From Patescibacteria group bacterium (GTDB lineage Bacteria > Patescibacteriota > UBA1384 > XYA2-FULL-43-10), in contig JBAYVT010000002.1 of NCBI GenBank assembly GCA_041674405.1, positions 90,001 to 122,000 of the forward strand: a stretch of 32,000 bases of DNA. The letters run 5' to 3'. How positions within the stretch are numbered: the stretch's first letter is position 1; each line of letters begins with the position of its first letter. The translations under genes and the position numbers were made by a program. A model generated the notes under the pieces. That model was not told the DNA's origin. It searched no databases and saw only the letters and a list, made by a program, of their open reading frames with translations. Positions 9,025 to 17,444 of the stretch are shown one piece after another.

Positions 9025-10080
9025 CTAACGCAATCTAAATTCCGCAGGCAACAAAATGCCGGAAAGGACGTCTAGATCTTCTAAAACTATACCGGTTCCC
9101 CTTACAACCGCAGTAAGAGGATCATCTGCAATATGGACAATGGTATGTGTTTCCTCAGCAATCAGTGCATCGATTCCCTTAAGTAGCGCTCCACCACCAG
9201 CCAGGATAATACCTTTATCCATTATATCAGCCAAAAGTTCCGGTGGGGTTTCTTCCATAGTTGATTTTATATTATCAATTATCATTCGAACGGATTTTTT
9301 CATTGCTTCCCGCATTTGATCAGCAGTTACAATAATCTCTTTTGGCAGACCAGAAACCAAGTCGCGTCCCCTGAGGCGCGCTTCCAGTTTATCTTTAAGT
9401 GGCACGACTGAACCGATTTTTATTTTTATCTGTTCCGCTGTGCGTTCTCCGACCAATAAATTAAACTGATCGCGGGCATATTGAATAATATCTTCGTTTA
9501 GTTCGTCTCCGGCTACGCGAAGAGAACGTGAAGCAACGATTCCGCCAAGCGAAATTACTGCGACTTCAGTGGTTCCGCCACCGATATCTACAACCATTGT
9601 GCCGGATGCATCTTGTACCGGAAGCCTTGCCCCAATTGCTGCCGCTATCGGCTCTTCAATCAGATACACTTCACGCGCACCCGCATTTATAGCTCCTTCT
9701 TCAACAGCTCTTCGCTCAACTTCAGTCACCCCATATGGGATACCCACAACTACTCGTGGACGCGGTAGAAGAAAAAATTTATCGCGATGAACCTTATCAA
9801 GAAAATATTTTAACATTTGCTCCGTCACTTCGAAATCAGAAATAACACCATCAACCAGCGGACGAATCGCCACAATATGCGATGGAGTACGGCCAACCAT
9901 CCTTTTCGCTTCTTCGCCGACTGCCAGTATTGCTTTAGTATTTTTATTGATCGCAACTACCGAAGGTTCACGAATTACAATGCCAGCACCTTTCACATAC
10001 ACCAAAGTATTGGCAGTGCCAAGATCAATGCCAATATCATGAGAGAAGCGATTAAAAATAATGTCTAATGGATTTTTCAT
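9025..10080 (-). CDS. mreB: Actin-like rod shape-determining protein MreB
   Basis: 351 aa. Motifs GIDLGTANTLVY, DIGGGTTEVAVISLGG and ILAGGGALL. Confidence 0.95.
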   Translation of the reverse strand: MKNPLDIIFNRFSHDIGIDLGTANTLVYVKGAGIVIREPSVVAINKNTKAILAVGEEAKRMVGRTPSHIVAIRPLVDGVISDFEVTEQMLKYFLDKVHRDKFFLLPRPRVVVGIPYGVTEVERRAVEEGAINAGAREVYLIEEPIAAAIGARLPVQDASGTMVVDIGGGTTEVAVISLGGIVASRSLRVAGDELNEDIIQYARDQFNLLVGERTAEQIKIKIGSVVPLKDKLEARLRGRDLVSGLPKEIIVTADQMREAMKKSVRMIIDNIKSTMEETPPELLADIMDKGIILAGGGALLKGIDALIAEETHTIVHIADDPLTAVVRGTGIVLEDLDVLSGILLPAEFRLR

Positions 10081-10170
10081 AAAAAATATTCAAATCTCAA
10101 AATTAAGGGAATTTATTTCATTAATAGTTTTTGATTACCATTTTTATTTTTGATCTTTGAATTTCGAATT

Positions 10171-10194
10171 ATTTTTTGTGTATACACAAAAAAT
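10171..10194. promoter_or_regulatory. Perfect 24-bp palindrome ATTTTTTGTGTATACACAAAAAAT in the mltG-mreB gap (operator or weak terminator candidate)
   Basis: Read directly from the sequence. It lies 91-114 nt upstream of the mreB ATG and about 105 nt downstream of the mltG stop. Confidence 0.4.
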
Positions 10195-10299
10195 TGACCC
10201 CCATCCAAAGTGTCTAAAATTAGAATAAATGAACATTGCCAAAAATGCAAATCAAACCTCGCGAGGCACCCCACGAAGCAGAATTATGGAGTAATTGTA

Positions 10300-11274
10300 C
10301 TATCGGAGATATTTGTTCACATTCGCCTGGTGCTCGGCGGCGGTTGCAGCCGGATGAAGGGTACCATCGTCGTCAGTAATAAAATAATAGTAATTTGAAT
10401 GAGTATAATTTATTACCGCTTCAATGCTTTTAAGCCCAGGATTGCAAATTGGCTCCGGCGGCAATCCGGCATATAGATAAGTATTAAAAGGAGAATTAAT
10501 CGTGCTAAACGCCCTACCATCCGTTGAGTCCCAGAAATCGTACGCGCCGTTATTCGTACCGACATTTTCTATTTGCATCGAATCAAACCCATATTGGACC
10601 GTGGGGTTAGACTCAAGCTTCATGTCAATATTCAATCGATTTTTGAATATTCCGGCAATAATTGGCCTGTCGGCGTCTTTTTTTGCTTCACGCTCAACAA
10701 TTGAAGCCAAAATTAAATCCGAATCAGTTAAATTTAAACTTTTCGTTCGTTCATTGTAATTATCATTCATTATTCTAACAATATCTGAAGCCGTTGACTT
10801 CACAGAGATATAATAGGTATCCGGAAATAGCTTGCCGTCATATCCGTAAGCTTGCGCCATAAAATCGGCATAGTTAACATATTTTTTTTCAGAAAGATAT
10901 TGGGCAATCTGCTCTGCTCGCCAGCCTTCCGGAATTGTAATTTTTCTAATCGCAGTATCACCAGATGAAATTTTCGTTGCAATATCTTTGATCGACATAT
11001 CTTCCGACAGAAGATATGATCCGGCTCGCAATGTTTTGTGGGTTAGTTTGACATAAATTACGAAAACCCAATCTGATTTGATCAATTTTTTGTCCAACAA
11101 ATTGTCTGCCACGTCGATCGTGGCAGTTTTATCAGGAATCTCAAAAATCTGTTTGGTTGAGTCTAACCCCACAGGAGTTCTGATTATGTAGTTGAAATAA
11201 ACAATACCCAAAAGCGCTAATATTAGTAACGCAAAAAAAATGTATAGAAGAATTGTTTTGAAATATTTGCTCAT
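10300..11274 (-). CDS. mltG: Endolytic murein transglycosylase MltG (YceG family)
   Basis: 324 aa with an N-terminal TM segment. Motifs ASIVEREA and LPPEPICNPGLKSIEA. Its start overlaps the ruvX stop by 4 nt. Confidence 0.9.
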   Translation of the reverse strand: MSKYFKTILLYIFFALLILALLGIVYFNYIIRTPVGLDSTKQIFEIPDKTATIDVADNLLDKKLIKSDWVFVIYVKLTHKTLRAGSYLLSEDMSIKDIATKISSGDTAIRKITIPEGWRAEQIAQYLSEKKYVNYADFMAQAYGYDGKLFPDTYYISVKSTASDIVRIMNDNYNERTKSLNLTDSDLILASIVEREAKKDADRPIIAGIFKNRLNIDMKLESNPTVQYGFDSMQIENVGTNNGAYDFWDSTDGRAFSTINSPFNTYLYAGLPPEPICNPGLKSIEAVINYTHSNYYYFITDDDGTLHPAATAAEHQANVNKYLR

Positions 11275-11675
11275 TTATTGTGTTCTAAAAATTGTTCAAG
11301 AAGCAAGGCGGCTGCCATTTCGTCAACTTTTCCCTTGTCGTGGCGGAAATCAATCCCCTTTTCCGAAAGAATTCTTTCGGCTTCATGCGAAGTAAAATTC
11401 TCCGGCTCAAAAACCAAATCAAGTTCTGTTTTATTCGATAAGAGGTTTCCAAAACTCTTTATTTTGCCGACAATTTCGGGTTCTCCACCATCATCATATT
11501 CTGGTAAACCGATGATGATTTTTTCAATTTCTTCCGTAGCACAAATTTGAGCAATTTTGTCGGCGGCTTTTTCTAAATTACCGATATTTTCAACCGTACC
11601 AAAAGGTTTTGAAAACATTTCTCCGGTTGCCAGCCCTATTCTTTTTTCGCCATAATCGATTGCTAAAATTTTCAT
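11271..11675 (-). CDS. ruvX: Putative pre-16S rRNA nuclease / Holliday junction resolvase-like RuvX (YqgF)
   Basis: 134 aa. ILAIDYGEKRIGLA N-terminal motif. Classic ruvX-mltG pairing. Confidence 0.9.
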   Translation of the reverse strand: MKILAIDYGEKRIGLATGEMFSKPFGTVENIGNLEKAADKIAQICATEEIEKIIIGLPEYDDGGEPEIVGKIKSFGNLLSNKTELDLVFEPENFTSHEAERILSEKGIDFRHDKGKVDEMAAALLLEQFLEHNK

Positions 11676-11787
11676 AAGGTAATTCTATCACAGAAAAGTC
11701 ACGCAGATCTACACAATAAAACAAAAGAAACCATTCGACTTCATAAAAATTTAGACCATGAATTCCTGCACAAATCTCTCTGATTGC

Positions 11788-13599
11788 CTATTCTTGATAT
11801 CCAAAAGTAACCTTAATTCTGCTGGAAATAAATGGAATTCGCGCTAAGAAACTCGGCCAAACTTTAAGATCAACATCGTTTACGCCACTAATCCCAAGAA
11901 TATAACTTCGTGCTGTGCCATATTTTTTATTTTTAATATTATTTTTGATATCGCCTGAATTTATTTTTTTGCCGATTTTTGTACTGTATTTTGCTGACAT
12001 GCCAACAACCCCCTTGTCTTTGTCGTAGGAGCCAGCGCTGAAATCAATCTTGGTATTCTGATCATTTATAATCATTTGATCTGACCCAATTTCATTCACA
12101 ACCTTATCGGATAGCATGCTCTTTAGGGCTGTCTCGGAAAAACTAATTCCGGAAACCTTTAGAGTGAGTTTCATATTAAATGATTCTGCTTCATCGCCTT
12201 CTTTCGCCGAAGCTTCTAGGGCAACTTGCTCCCCGGATGCGGTCGTACTTAGGAAATTGGCATTATCTTTCGCTATTTCTGTTGAGATTTGATCTGAAAG
12301 TTGGGCTAAAAGGTCTTTTGTTAGAGAATCGGTGGCATTTTTAATATCGCCGGCTGAGACAATTTTAATTGTTTTGGTTGTCCCGCCGGACAAAGCAGCG
12401 GTTGTTTGGCCATAAATATTCATCCTTTTGTCGCCAGAAAATGACTCGATAGTAAATTTCGACGGAGTCAAATTGTATTTATCACCCGACTCACGAGCAG
12501 TGACATGTCCTTTTACTTGCCCTGGAGTTACGACTACTTTTCCATTCACCAGGGCTGAAGTTGCTGCCGGTATTGTGACAGCCCCATTGGTGACAAACTG
12601 CAAACCTTGCGACGAGACAACTGATCCGTCTGCAATTGCTTGCGTATCGGTAGAAGAATAAGCGTTATAAAAGACAATATCACCAGAAGATTTTGTTCCG
12701 GCATCTTTCGTCCCAGTGGTGTTGAAATCCTTCGAAAGATCACCCTGCGTATCTTGCATGGTTCCGGGAATTAAGGAGTCGGCAGAATTAACATCTGTAA
12801 TGGCTTTGTCGACTGAAAATGTGAAATCCTTCGCAAAGTCCGTGCTGGCCAGTTTGATATCAATATTTGCGTATGGCAAAAAAACATACGAAAGCACTAT
12901 TGCCAAAATGAGAAATGCTCCCGAAATAATCAAAAGTGGCTTTTTCCTTGATCCAATTTTCTTGGGCTTTGAAATAGGCGTCTCTCCGTGCGAAATTTCC
13001 GGCCTTCTGCGCATTGAATTTGAAGTAATAATTGTTTCGGAACTTTTTTTAATTTCCTCATTTTTATCGGGCTTGATTGGTTCTGTGTCCTTTTTTTCGC
13101 GCTCTAACCCTTCTGGTTTGGGTTCAGTTGCCTTGGCGGGATCAGCCTTTGCTGCGGTTTTTTCTTCACCCAGGCTATCTTCCAGGTTTTTCTGCTCCTC
13201 CTGCTCATCACTGCCTTTGTCATATCTGTTTACCACAAACCCAGCCGCCGCTTCTTCGGATGATGCAGCTTCAATAACTCCCTCGTCCGAATCAGATTCT
13301 TCCGATGTTACCGGGACGGGCTTTTCTGGTTTCGCAGCACGCGCTTCGTTTACTGAAGAATAAATCGTTATGCCGACTTGCGAAGCTAAATTGCGTGATA
13401 TTTTATCACCGGTAATAAGTGAGATAATCTTATTTTGCTTTTCAATTTCGCGCTTCAGAAGCTTCAAGTTCACGATACTTTGAGCAATTGTCCCTCCGCG
13501 CGGGACCATCAAAGAAACGCCATCGGCATCGATTTCCTTGATCCGGCCAATTACGCTTGCAATATCGTCGTCAGGTTCTAGATAAATGATTTCGTTCAT
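11788..13599 (-). CDS. Bitopic membrane protein of unknown function: cytoplasmic ~90-aa N-domain, acidic/Lys-rich linker, one TM segment, ~370-aa Ser/Thr/Gly-rich extracytoplasmic domain
   Basis: 603-aa ORF. TM segment LLIISGAFLILAIVLSYVFL near residue 230. The segment VTARESGDKYNL... vaguely recalls proteins annotated baseplate J-like in CPR genomes; this is from memory and unverified. Confidence 0.7.
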   Translation of the reverse strand: MNEIIYLEPDDDIASVIGRIKEIDADGVSLMVPRGGTIAQSIVNLKLLKREIEKQNKIISLITGDKISRNLASQVGITIYSSVNEARAAKPEKPVPVTSEESDSDEGVIEAASSEEAAAGFVVNRYDKGSDEQEEQKNLEDSLGEEKTAAKADPAKATEPKPEGLEREKKDTEPIKPDKNEEIKKSSETIITSNSMRRRPEISHGETPISKPKKIGSRKKPLLIISGAFLILAIVLSYVFLPYANIDIKLASTDFAKDFTFSVDKAITDVNSADSLIPGTMQDTQGDLSKDFNTTGTKDAGTKSSGDIVFYNAYSSTDTQAIADGSVVSSQGLQFVTNGAVTIPAATSALVNGKVVVTPGQVKGHVTARESGDKYNLTPSKFTIESFSGDKRMNIYGQTTAALSGGTTKTIKIVSAGDIKNATDSLTKDLLAQLSDQISTEIAKDNANFLSTTASGEQVALEASAKEGDEAESFNMKLTLKVSGISFSETALKSMLSDKVVNEIGSDQMIINDQNTKIDFSAGSYDKDKGVVGMSAKYSTKIGKKINSGDIKNNIKNKKYGTARSYILGISGVNDVDLKVWPSFLARIPFISSRIKVTFGYQE

Positions 13600-13672
13600 C
13601 GATGTGGAGTAAAATTAATTCTTCCTAAATAATATAACATGAAGCCTAATATATTCGTAGTTTCTGTTAATT

Positions 13673-13726
13673 GTATCAAGTATTATGTATCAGGTATCAA
13701 GGTTTGGAATACATGAAGCATGATAC
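13673..13726. repeat. Cluster of GTATCA hexamers (three direct copies at 13673, 13687 and 13694; one inverted TGATAC at 13721)
   Basis: Read directly: tGTATCAag...tGTATCAgGTATCAagg...caTGATACat. All lie in the 138-bp gap upstream of the 603-aa gene. Confidence 0.5.
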
Positions 13727-13737
13727 ATTATTCTTAA

Positions 13738-14988
13738 TCACGATCGTATTCCTTCGATCACTCTATCCAAAATCCCATCTACCAACTTTTCTTCGCCGAC
13801 AAAATCAATTGCTAAATTCGCCATTGCCATTGGAGTAATGTCCTGCGCTCCGACTAATTTTTCCGTCTCATCCTTAACGTTCAGAACTTGTCCCGGTTTA
13901 ATAAAATCGACTTTCGGTTGGCGGGCAAATGGCAGGCGCTTCACCCATGCTTTTTTCTCAAGATATTCTTTTATTTCCGGAAGCATCGAACCGCCGCCGC
14001 ATAAAAGAATTCTTGATGGTAGAAGATCGACATTAGAGAATTCTTCCAATGCCAATTCGACTCCGGCAAGCCAGACATCACAATCATTTTCGATCGCTTT
14101 TTTGATCTTTTCAGATTTTTCGCTTCCTTCTTTGATTTTTCCGCTCGAATATTGAAGCTTAATGCTTTCTGCTTGTTCAAAATCGGTTTGAAGCGCATCA
14201 GCAATAGATTTGGTAAATACCCGCCCTCCAATTGCAAACATCCTTGTGCCTTCCACTCCCCCTGCTCGAACTACGGCGATATCGGTAGTCCCACCGCCAA
14301 TATCAATAAAAATAGAAGAAAAATCGGTAAGTTCTTCAAGCCCGACACAACGAGCTACTGCATATGGCTCGGATGTTATTGCTAGTAGATCGAGGTCCAA
14401 CCCTTCAGCAATGGTCTGCAATGCACCCAGATGAACGATTGGTGCGAAAGCATTGAATATTCCTACCGAAACATCACGACCCTGAAAACCGATTGGGTTG
14501 GTAACTTTGTATTCATCAATCCGCACATCCACAACGGCTGAGTTAACCAATTTTACATCAAGCTCAGAATGACCTGTTTCCCAAGCTAAAGTCGCACGGG
14601 CTTTTTCAAAAGTTTTGCGCTGTACTTGGTCAATAATTTCGCGGAGTTCGGAAAGGGTAATTTTTTCTTGTGGGTTCTCGCGACGGTAATGAACAGTGGT
14701 TGTTGTGCCTTTTACCAACTCGCCGGCAATGCCGATAATGCATTGGCGCGGTGCGACACCTGCTTCCTCAATAGCTTTATCTAGCGCCTTCTCGCAATTT
14801 TTAATTACGCCTGCAATATCTGTGACTCGCCCACCCTGCATATCGGAAAGCTTCTGGCGTTCCTTACCAACGCCTACAACATAGGCTCTATCATCCTCAA
14901 CACGAAAAATCAGGACCTTGACAAATTCAGTCCCAATATCGAGCGAAACAGCATAATTCTTCTTATTTTTGCGGTTAAATAGTCCCAA
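13738..14988 (-). CDS. ftsA: FtsA-like actin-family ATPase (cell division protein FtsA homolog)
   Basis: 416 aa. TTG start preceded by GAGGGG. Motifs SLDIGTEFVKV, FIDIGGGTTDIAVV and LCGGGSMLPEI. No ftsZ follows. Confidence 0.8.
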   Translation of the reverse strand: MGLFNRKNKKNYAVSLDIGTEFVKVLIFRVEDDRAYVVGVGKERQKLSDMQGGRVTDIAGVIKNCEKALDKAIEEAGVAPRQCIIGIAGELVKGTTTTVHYRRENPQEKITLSELREIIDQVQRKTFEKARATLAWETGHSELDVKLVNSAVVDVRIDEYKVTNPIGFQGRDVSVGIFNAFAPIVHLGALQTIAEGLDLDLLAITSEPYAVARCVGLEELTDFSSIFIDIGGGTTDIAVVRAGGVEGTRMFAIGGRVFTKSIADALQTDFEQAESIKLQYSSGKIKEGSEKSEKIKKAIENDCDVWLAGVELALEEFSNVDLLPSRILLCGGGSMLPEIKEYLEKKAWVKRLPFARQPKVDFIKPGQVLNVKDETEKLVGAQDITPMAMANLAIDFVGEEKLVDGILDRVIEGIRS

Positions 14989-15064
14989 TTTGTTTGCCCC
15001 TCAACTTGATATGAAAACAACACAGTGATCCTGCTTAAGATTATTATATATTCTTTCATAAGAA

Positions 15065-15093
15065 TTGCCAAATAGCTCATAAATAGCTATATT
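15065..15093 (+). promoter_or_regulatory. Sigma70-type promoter TTGCCA-N17-TATATT driving the plus-strand island A ORF
   Basis: ttgcca (15065-15070), a 17-nt spacer, then tatatt (15088-15093). The SD GGGAAGG and the ATG at 15131 follow. Confidence 0.5.
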
Positions 15094-15130
15094 GTCATCG
15101 AGTCTGATACCGCAATCGGGAAGGTTATGT

Positions 15131-15352
15131 ATGCCGATGGATAACAGAAAAGGAGTCTGCCCCGCGATTCTGGTGATTGTCATCGTAGTGCTCATTGGCA
15201 CACTGGTGGCGATCCACTTCCAACACGAGGCCAGAGCTGCCAGTCCCGAACTTCAGATAGAGAGATCACTACCAGCGGGAAATCCGCCCGCCGGACACCC
15301 GGACGCTCACCTCACCAGCCTGCAGCCCACCCTTCCGAGGGCGGGCTGCTAA
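15131..15352 (+). CDS. Small single-TM protein (73 aa) encoded in GC-rich micro-island A
   Basis: MPMDNRKGVCPAILVIVIVVLIGTLVAIHFQHEARAASPELQ...PRAGC. Third codon positions are G/C-rich (ctg gtg gtc atc ctc ggc...). SD is GGGAAGG. A GC hairpin at 15322-15349 overlaps the 3' end. It is antisense to all neighbouring genes. Confidence 0.55.
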   Translation: MPMDNRKGVCPAILVIVIVVLIGTLVAIHFQHEARAASPELQIERSLPAGNPPAGHPDAHLTSLQPTLPRAGC

Positions 15353-15371
15353 CGTTTGTAAAACAAAAAAA

Positions 15372-15383
15372 GGCTCATGAGCC
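15372..15383 (-). terminator. Candidate alaS terminator (short GGCTCATGAGCC palindrome followed by a T7 run on the minus strand)
   Basis: Minus strand reads ggctcatgagcc-tttttttgtttt, 24 nt after the alaS stop. The stem is short. Confidence 0.4.
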
Positions 15384-15406
15384 CAAGTATTTCATATGGA
15401 AAAATT

Positions 15407-17437
15407 TTAGCTTAGAATAGCCTTAATTCTACGCACCCCAGCGCTTGATGATTCTTCTTTCGTAATTTTGAAATGCCCGAGATCGCCGGTATTTGATGCG
15501 TGCGGTCCACCACAAATTTCACGCGAAACTATAGTTTCGCGTGATCCCGAGCGAGCACCGCGAGCCGAGGGACTAATCGTATAGACTTTAACATTATCGC
15601 CATATTTAGCCTCAAATACCCCCATTGCCCCACAAGTTTTGGCATCTTCAAGGCTCATTTCCTGCATGTCAACAGGAATATTTTTTGAAATTTGTTCGTT
15701 AACTAAATTTTCAACTTTGGAGATTTGCTCCGGCGTCATTTTTTCCGAGTGTGAAAAGTCAAATCGCAAACGTTCCGATGTAATATTCGAACCCTTTTGT
15801 ACCACATGATCGCCAAGTACCTTGCGAAGCGCTGCCAACATCAAATGCGCTGCCGTGTGCAACTTCGCTGTTGCCTCCTTGTCATCCGCAAGCCCACCCT
15901 TAAACATCCCGGCCGACGCGGTACGGGATAGCTCCTGATGTTTTGCGAGCTCGGATCTAAATCCTTCTCTGTCAACAAAAAGATGCTCTTCCTGTGAAAG
16001 TTCAGTAATTAGCTCGAGTGGGAATCCGTAAGTTTGGTATAAGTCGAATGCTTCTTTTCCTGATAAATAGGCTGCGTGAATTTCTTTATTTGTGGCATTG
16101 ATATTGTGTTTTTTGAAGATCTCGTTCACCATTTCGGAAGAATCGCCTGAATAGATATCTCCCAAAATATCTCCTTTATCCGGAAGAACCATTATCTTTG
16201 CGTATTCTTCTTGCGAAATTGGTTTCTTTGATTCGAAAATCTTGCCCGCCCTTGCCAAACCGGACTGAATTGTCTTGGCGAATTTTTCCTCTTCCGCAGT
16301 GATATTTTTGATAATCTCGCCTCGGGTAATTTCAGGATATTCTGACGAATAAATCTCAATCACTTTTTCAATTAGAGAAATCAACGAAACTTTAATATTT
16401 AGAAGCCAGCCGTACCGAACAGCCCTTCGAATGATTCTGCGCAAAACATACCCCCGGTCAACATTGGACGGGATTATTCCTTCTGACGATATAAATACCG
16501 CCGCCCTTATATGATCGGCCAAAACACGAAAGCTTTTTCTTACGTCAACCCAGCATCGTTTGTCCTCTGCTATATATTCTTCATCCGATTTATCGCCATA
16601 TTTTAGGTTCGATAGTTCTTCAATTTTTTCGATAATCGGTCGGAATAAGTCCGTTTGATAGGCATCTGATTTGCCTTCCAAATACGCTGTCATACGTTCG
16701 AGACCCATGCCGGTATCGACATTTTTCTGATCAAGCGGTACGTATTCGAAATGCTCTTCCTCGATGAATTCGCCACCAGACGCCAATGCTTCTTTGCCTT
16801 TCTCTGTCAGAACTTTTCGAAATTCCATGAAAACATCATTCCAGACTTCGAGCCAACCGGAATTTTCCGGATCAAATTCTTCCGGCGCATTGCCTCCACC
16901 CGTCCAGACAAACATCTCCGTATCTGGCCCGCATGGTCCCTCAATTCCGGGTGGCCCCCAAAAATTATCGCTTTTTCCCAGAAGCTTGATGCGAGACTCT
17001 GAAATTCCCAAACCCATCCAAATTTTTTTTGATTCCAAGTCAGCGTCCACACCTGGCATTCCTTCAAAACAGGTGACGGCTAGATTTTTTGGGTCAATGT
17101 TGAGCTCCTTGGTCAGAAATTCATAGCTCCATTCAATTGCTTCTCTGCGTCCATAATCACCCAGACTCCAATTACCAAGCATTTCAAAAAAAGTGAAATG
17201 AGACTCATCGCCTACGGACTCGATATCCCCAGTGCGTATACACTTCTGAACCGAAGCCAGCCGTTTGCCGCCCGGATGCTTCTCGCCCATAATATATGGA
17301 ATTAACGGATGCATGCCGGCGGTGGTGAAAAGAACCGTCGGGTCGTTTTCCGGCACCAAAGAAGCAGAAGGAAGCACCTCGTGCCCCTTCTTTTTGAAAA
17401 ATTCGAGATATTTTTTTCTTAGTTCTTTCGCAGTCAT
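15407..17437 (-). CDS. alaS: Alanyl-tRNA synthetase, short form (catalytic + tRNA-recognition + editing domains; no C-Ala domain)
   Basis: 676 aa. Motifs FTTAGMHP, HFTFFEMLGNWSLGDY, editing-site HTAAHLM and CGGPHA. The protein ends soon after GVRRIKAILS. Confidence 0.95.
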   Translation of the reverse strand: MTAKELRKKYLEFFKKKGHEVLPSASLVPENDPTVLFTTAGMHPLIPYIMGEKHPGGKRLASVQKCIRTGDIESVGDESHFTFFEMLGNWSLGDYGRREAIEWSYEFLTKELNIDPKNLAVTCFEGMPGVDADLESKKIWMGLGISESRIKLLGKSDNFWGPPGIEGPCGPDTEMFVWTGGGNAPEEFDPENSGWLEVWNDVFMEFRKVLTEKGKEALASGGEFIEEEHFEYVPLDQKNVDTGMGLERMTAYLEGKSDAYQTDLFRPIIEKIEELSNLKYGDKSDEEYIAEDKRCWVDVRKSFRVLADHIRAAVFISSEGIIPSNVDRGYVLRRIIRRAVRYGWLLNIKVSLISLIEKVIEIYSSEYPEITRGEIIKNITAEEEKFAKTIQSGLARAGKIFESKKPISQEEYAKIMVLPDKGDILGDIYSGDSSEMVNEIFKKHNINATNKEIHAAYLSGKEAFDLYQTYGFPLELITELSQEEHLFVDREGFRSELAKHQELSRTASAGMFKGGLADDKEATAKLHTAAHLMLAALRKVLGDHVVQKGSNITSERLRFDFSHSEKMTPEQISKVENLVNEQISKNIPVDMQEMSLEDAKTCGAMGVFEAKYGDNVKVYTISPSARGARSGSRETIVSREICGGPHASNTGDLGHFKITKEESSSAGVRRIKAILS

Positions 17438-17444
17438 AAGTTAT

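Noticed and set aside
10210-10398. Plus-strand 62-aa ORF with CxxC (HCQKCKS) in the mltG-mreB gap
   Set aside because: It has a GTG start and no SD. Its second half is antisense to the conserved 3' end of mltG, so it is not credible as a gene.
15001-15201. Minus-strand 66-aa ORF overlapping the start of island A
   Set aside because: It has no SD and runs antisense across the plus-strand promoter and SD. It mixes AT-rich and GC-rich DNA. The plus-strand ORF has better signals.
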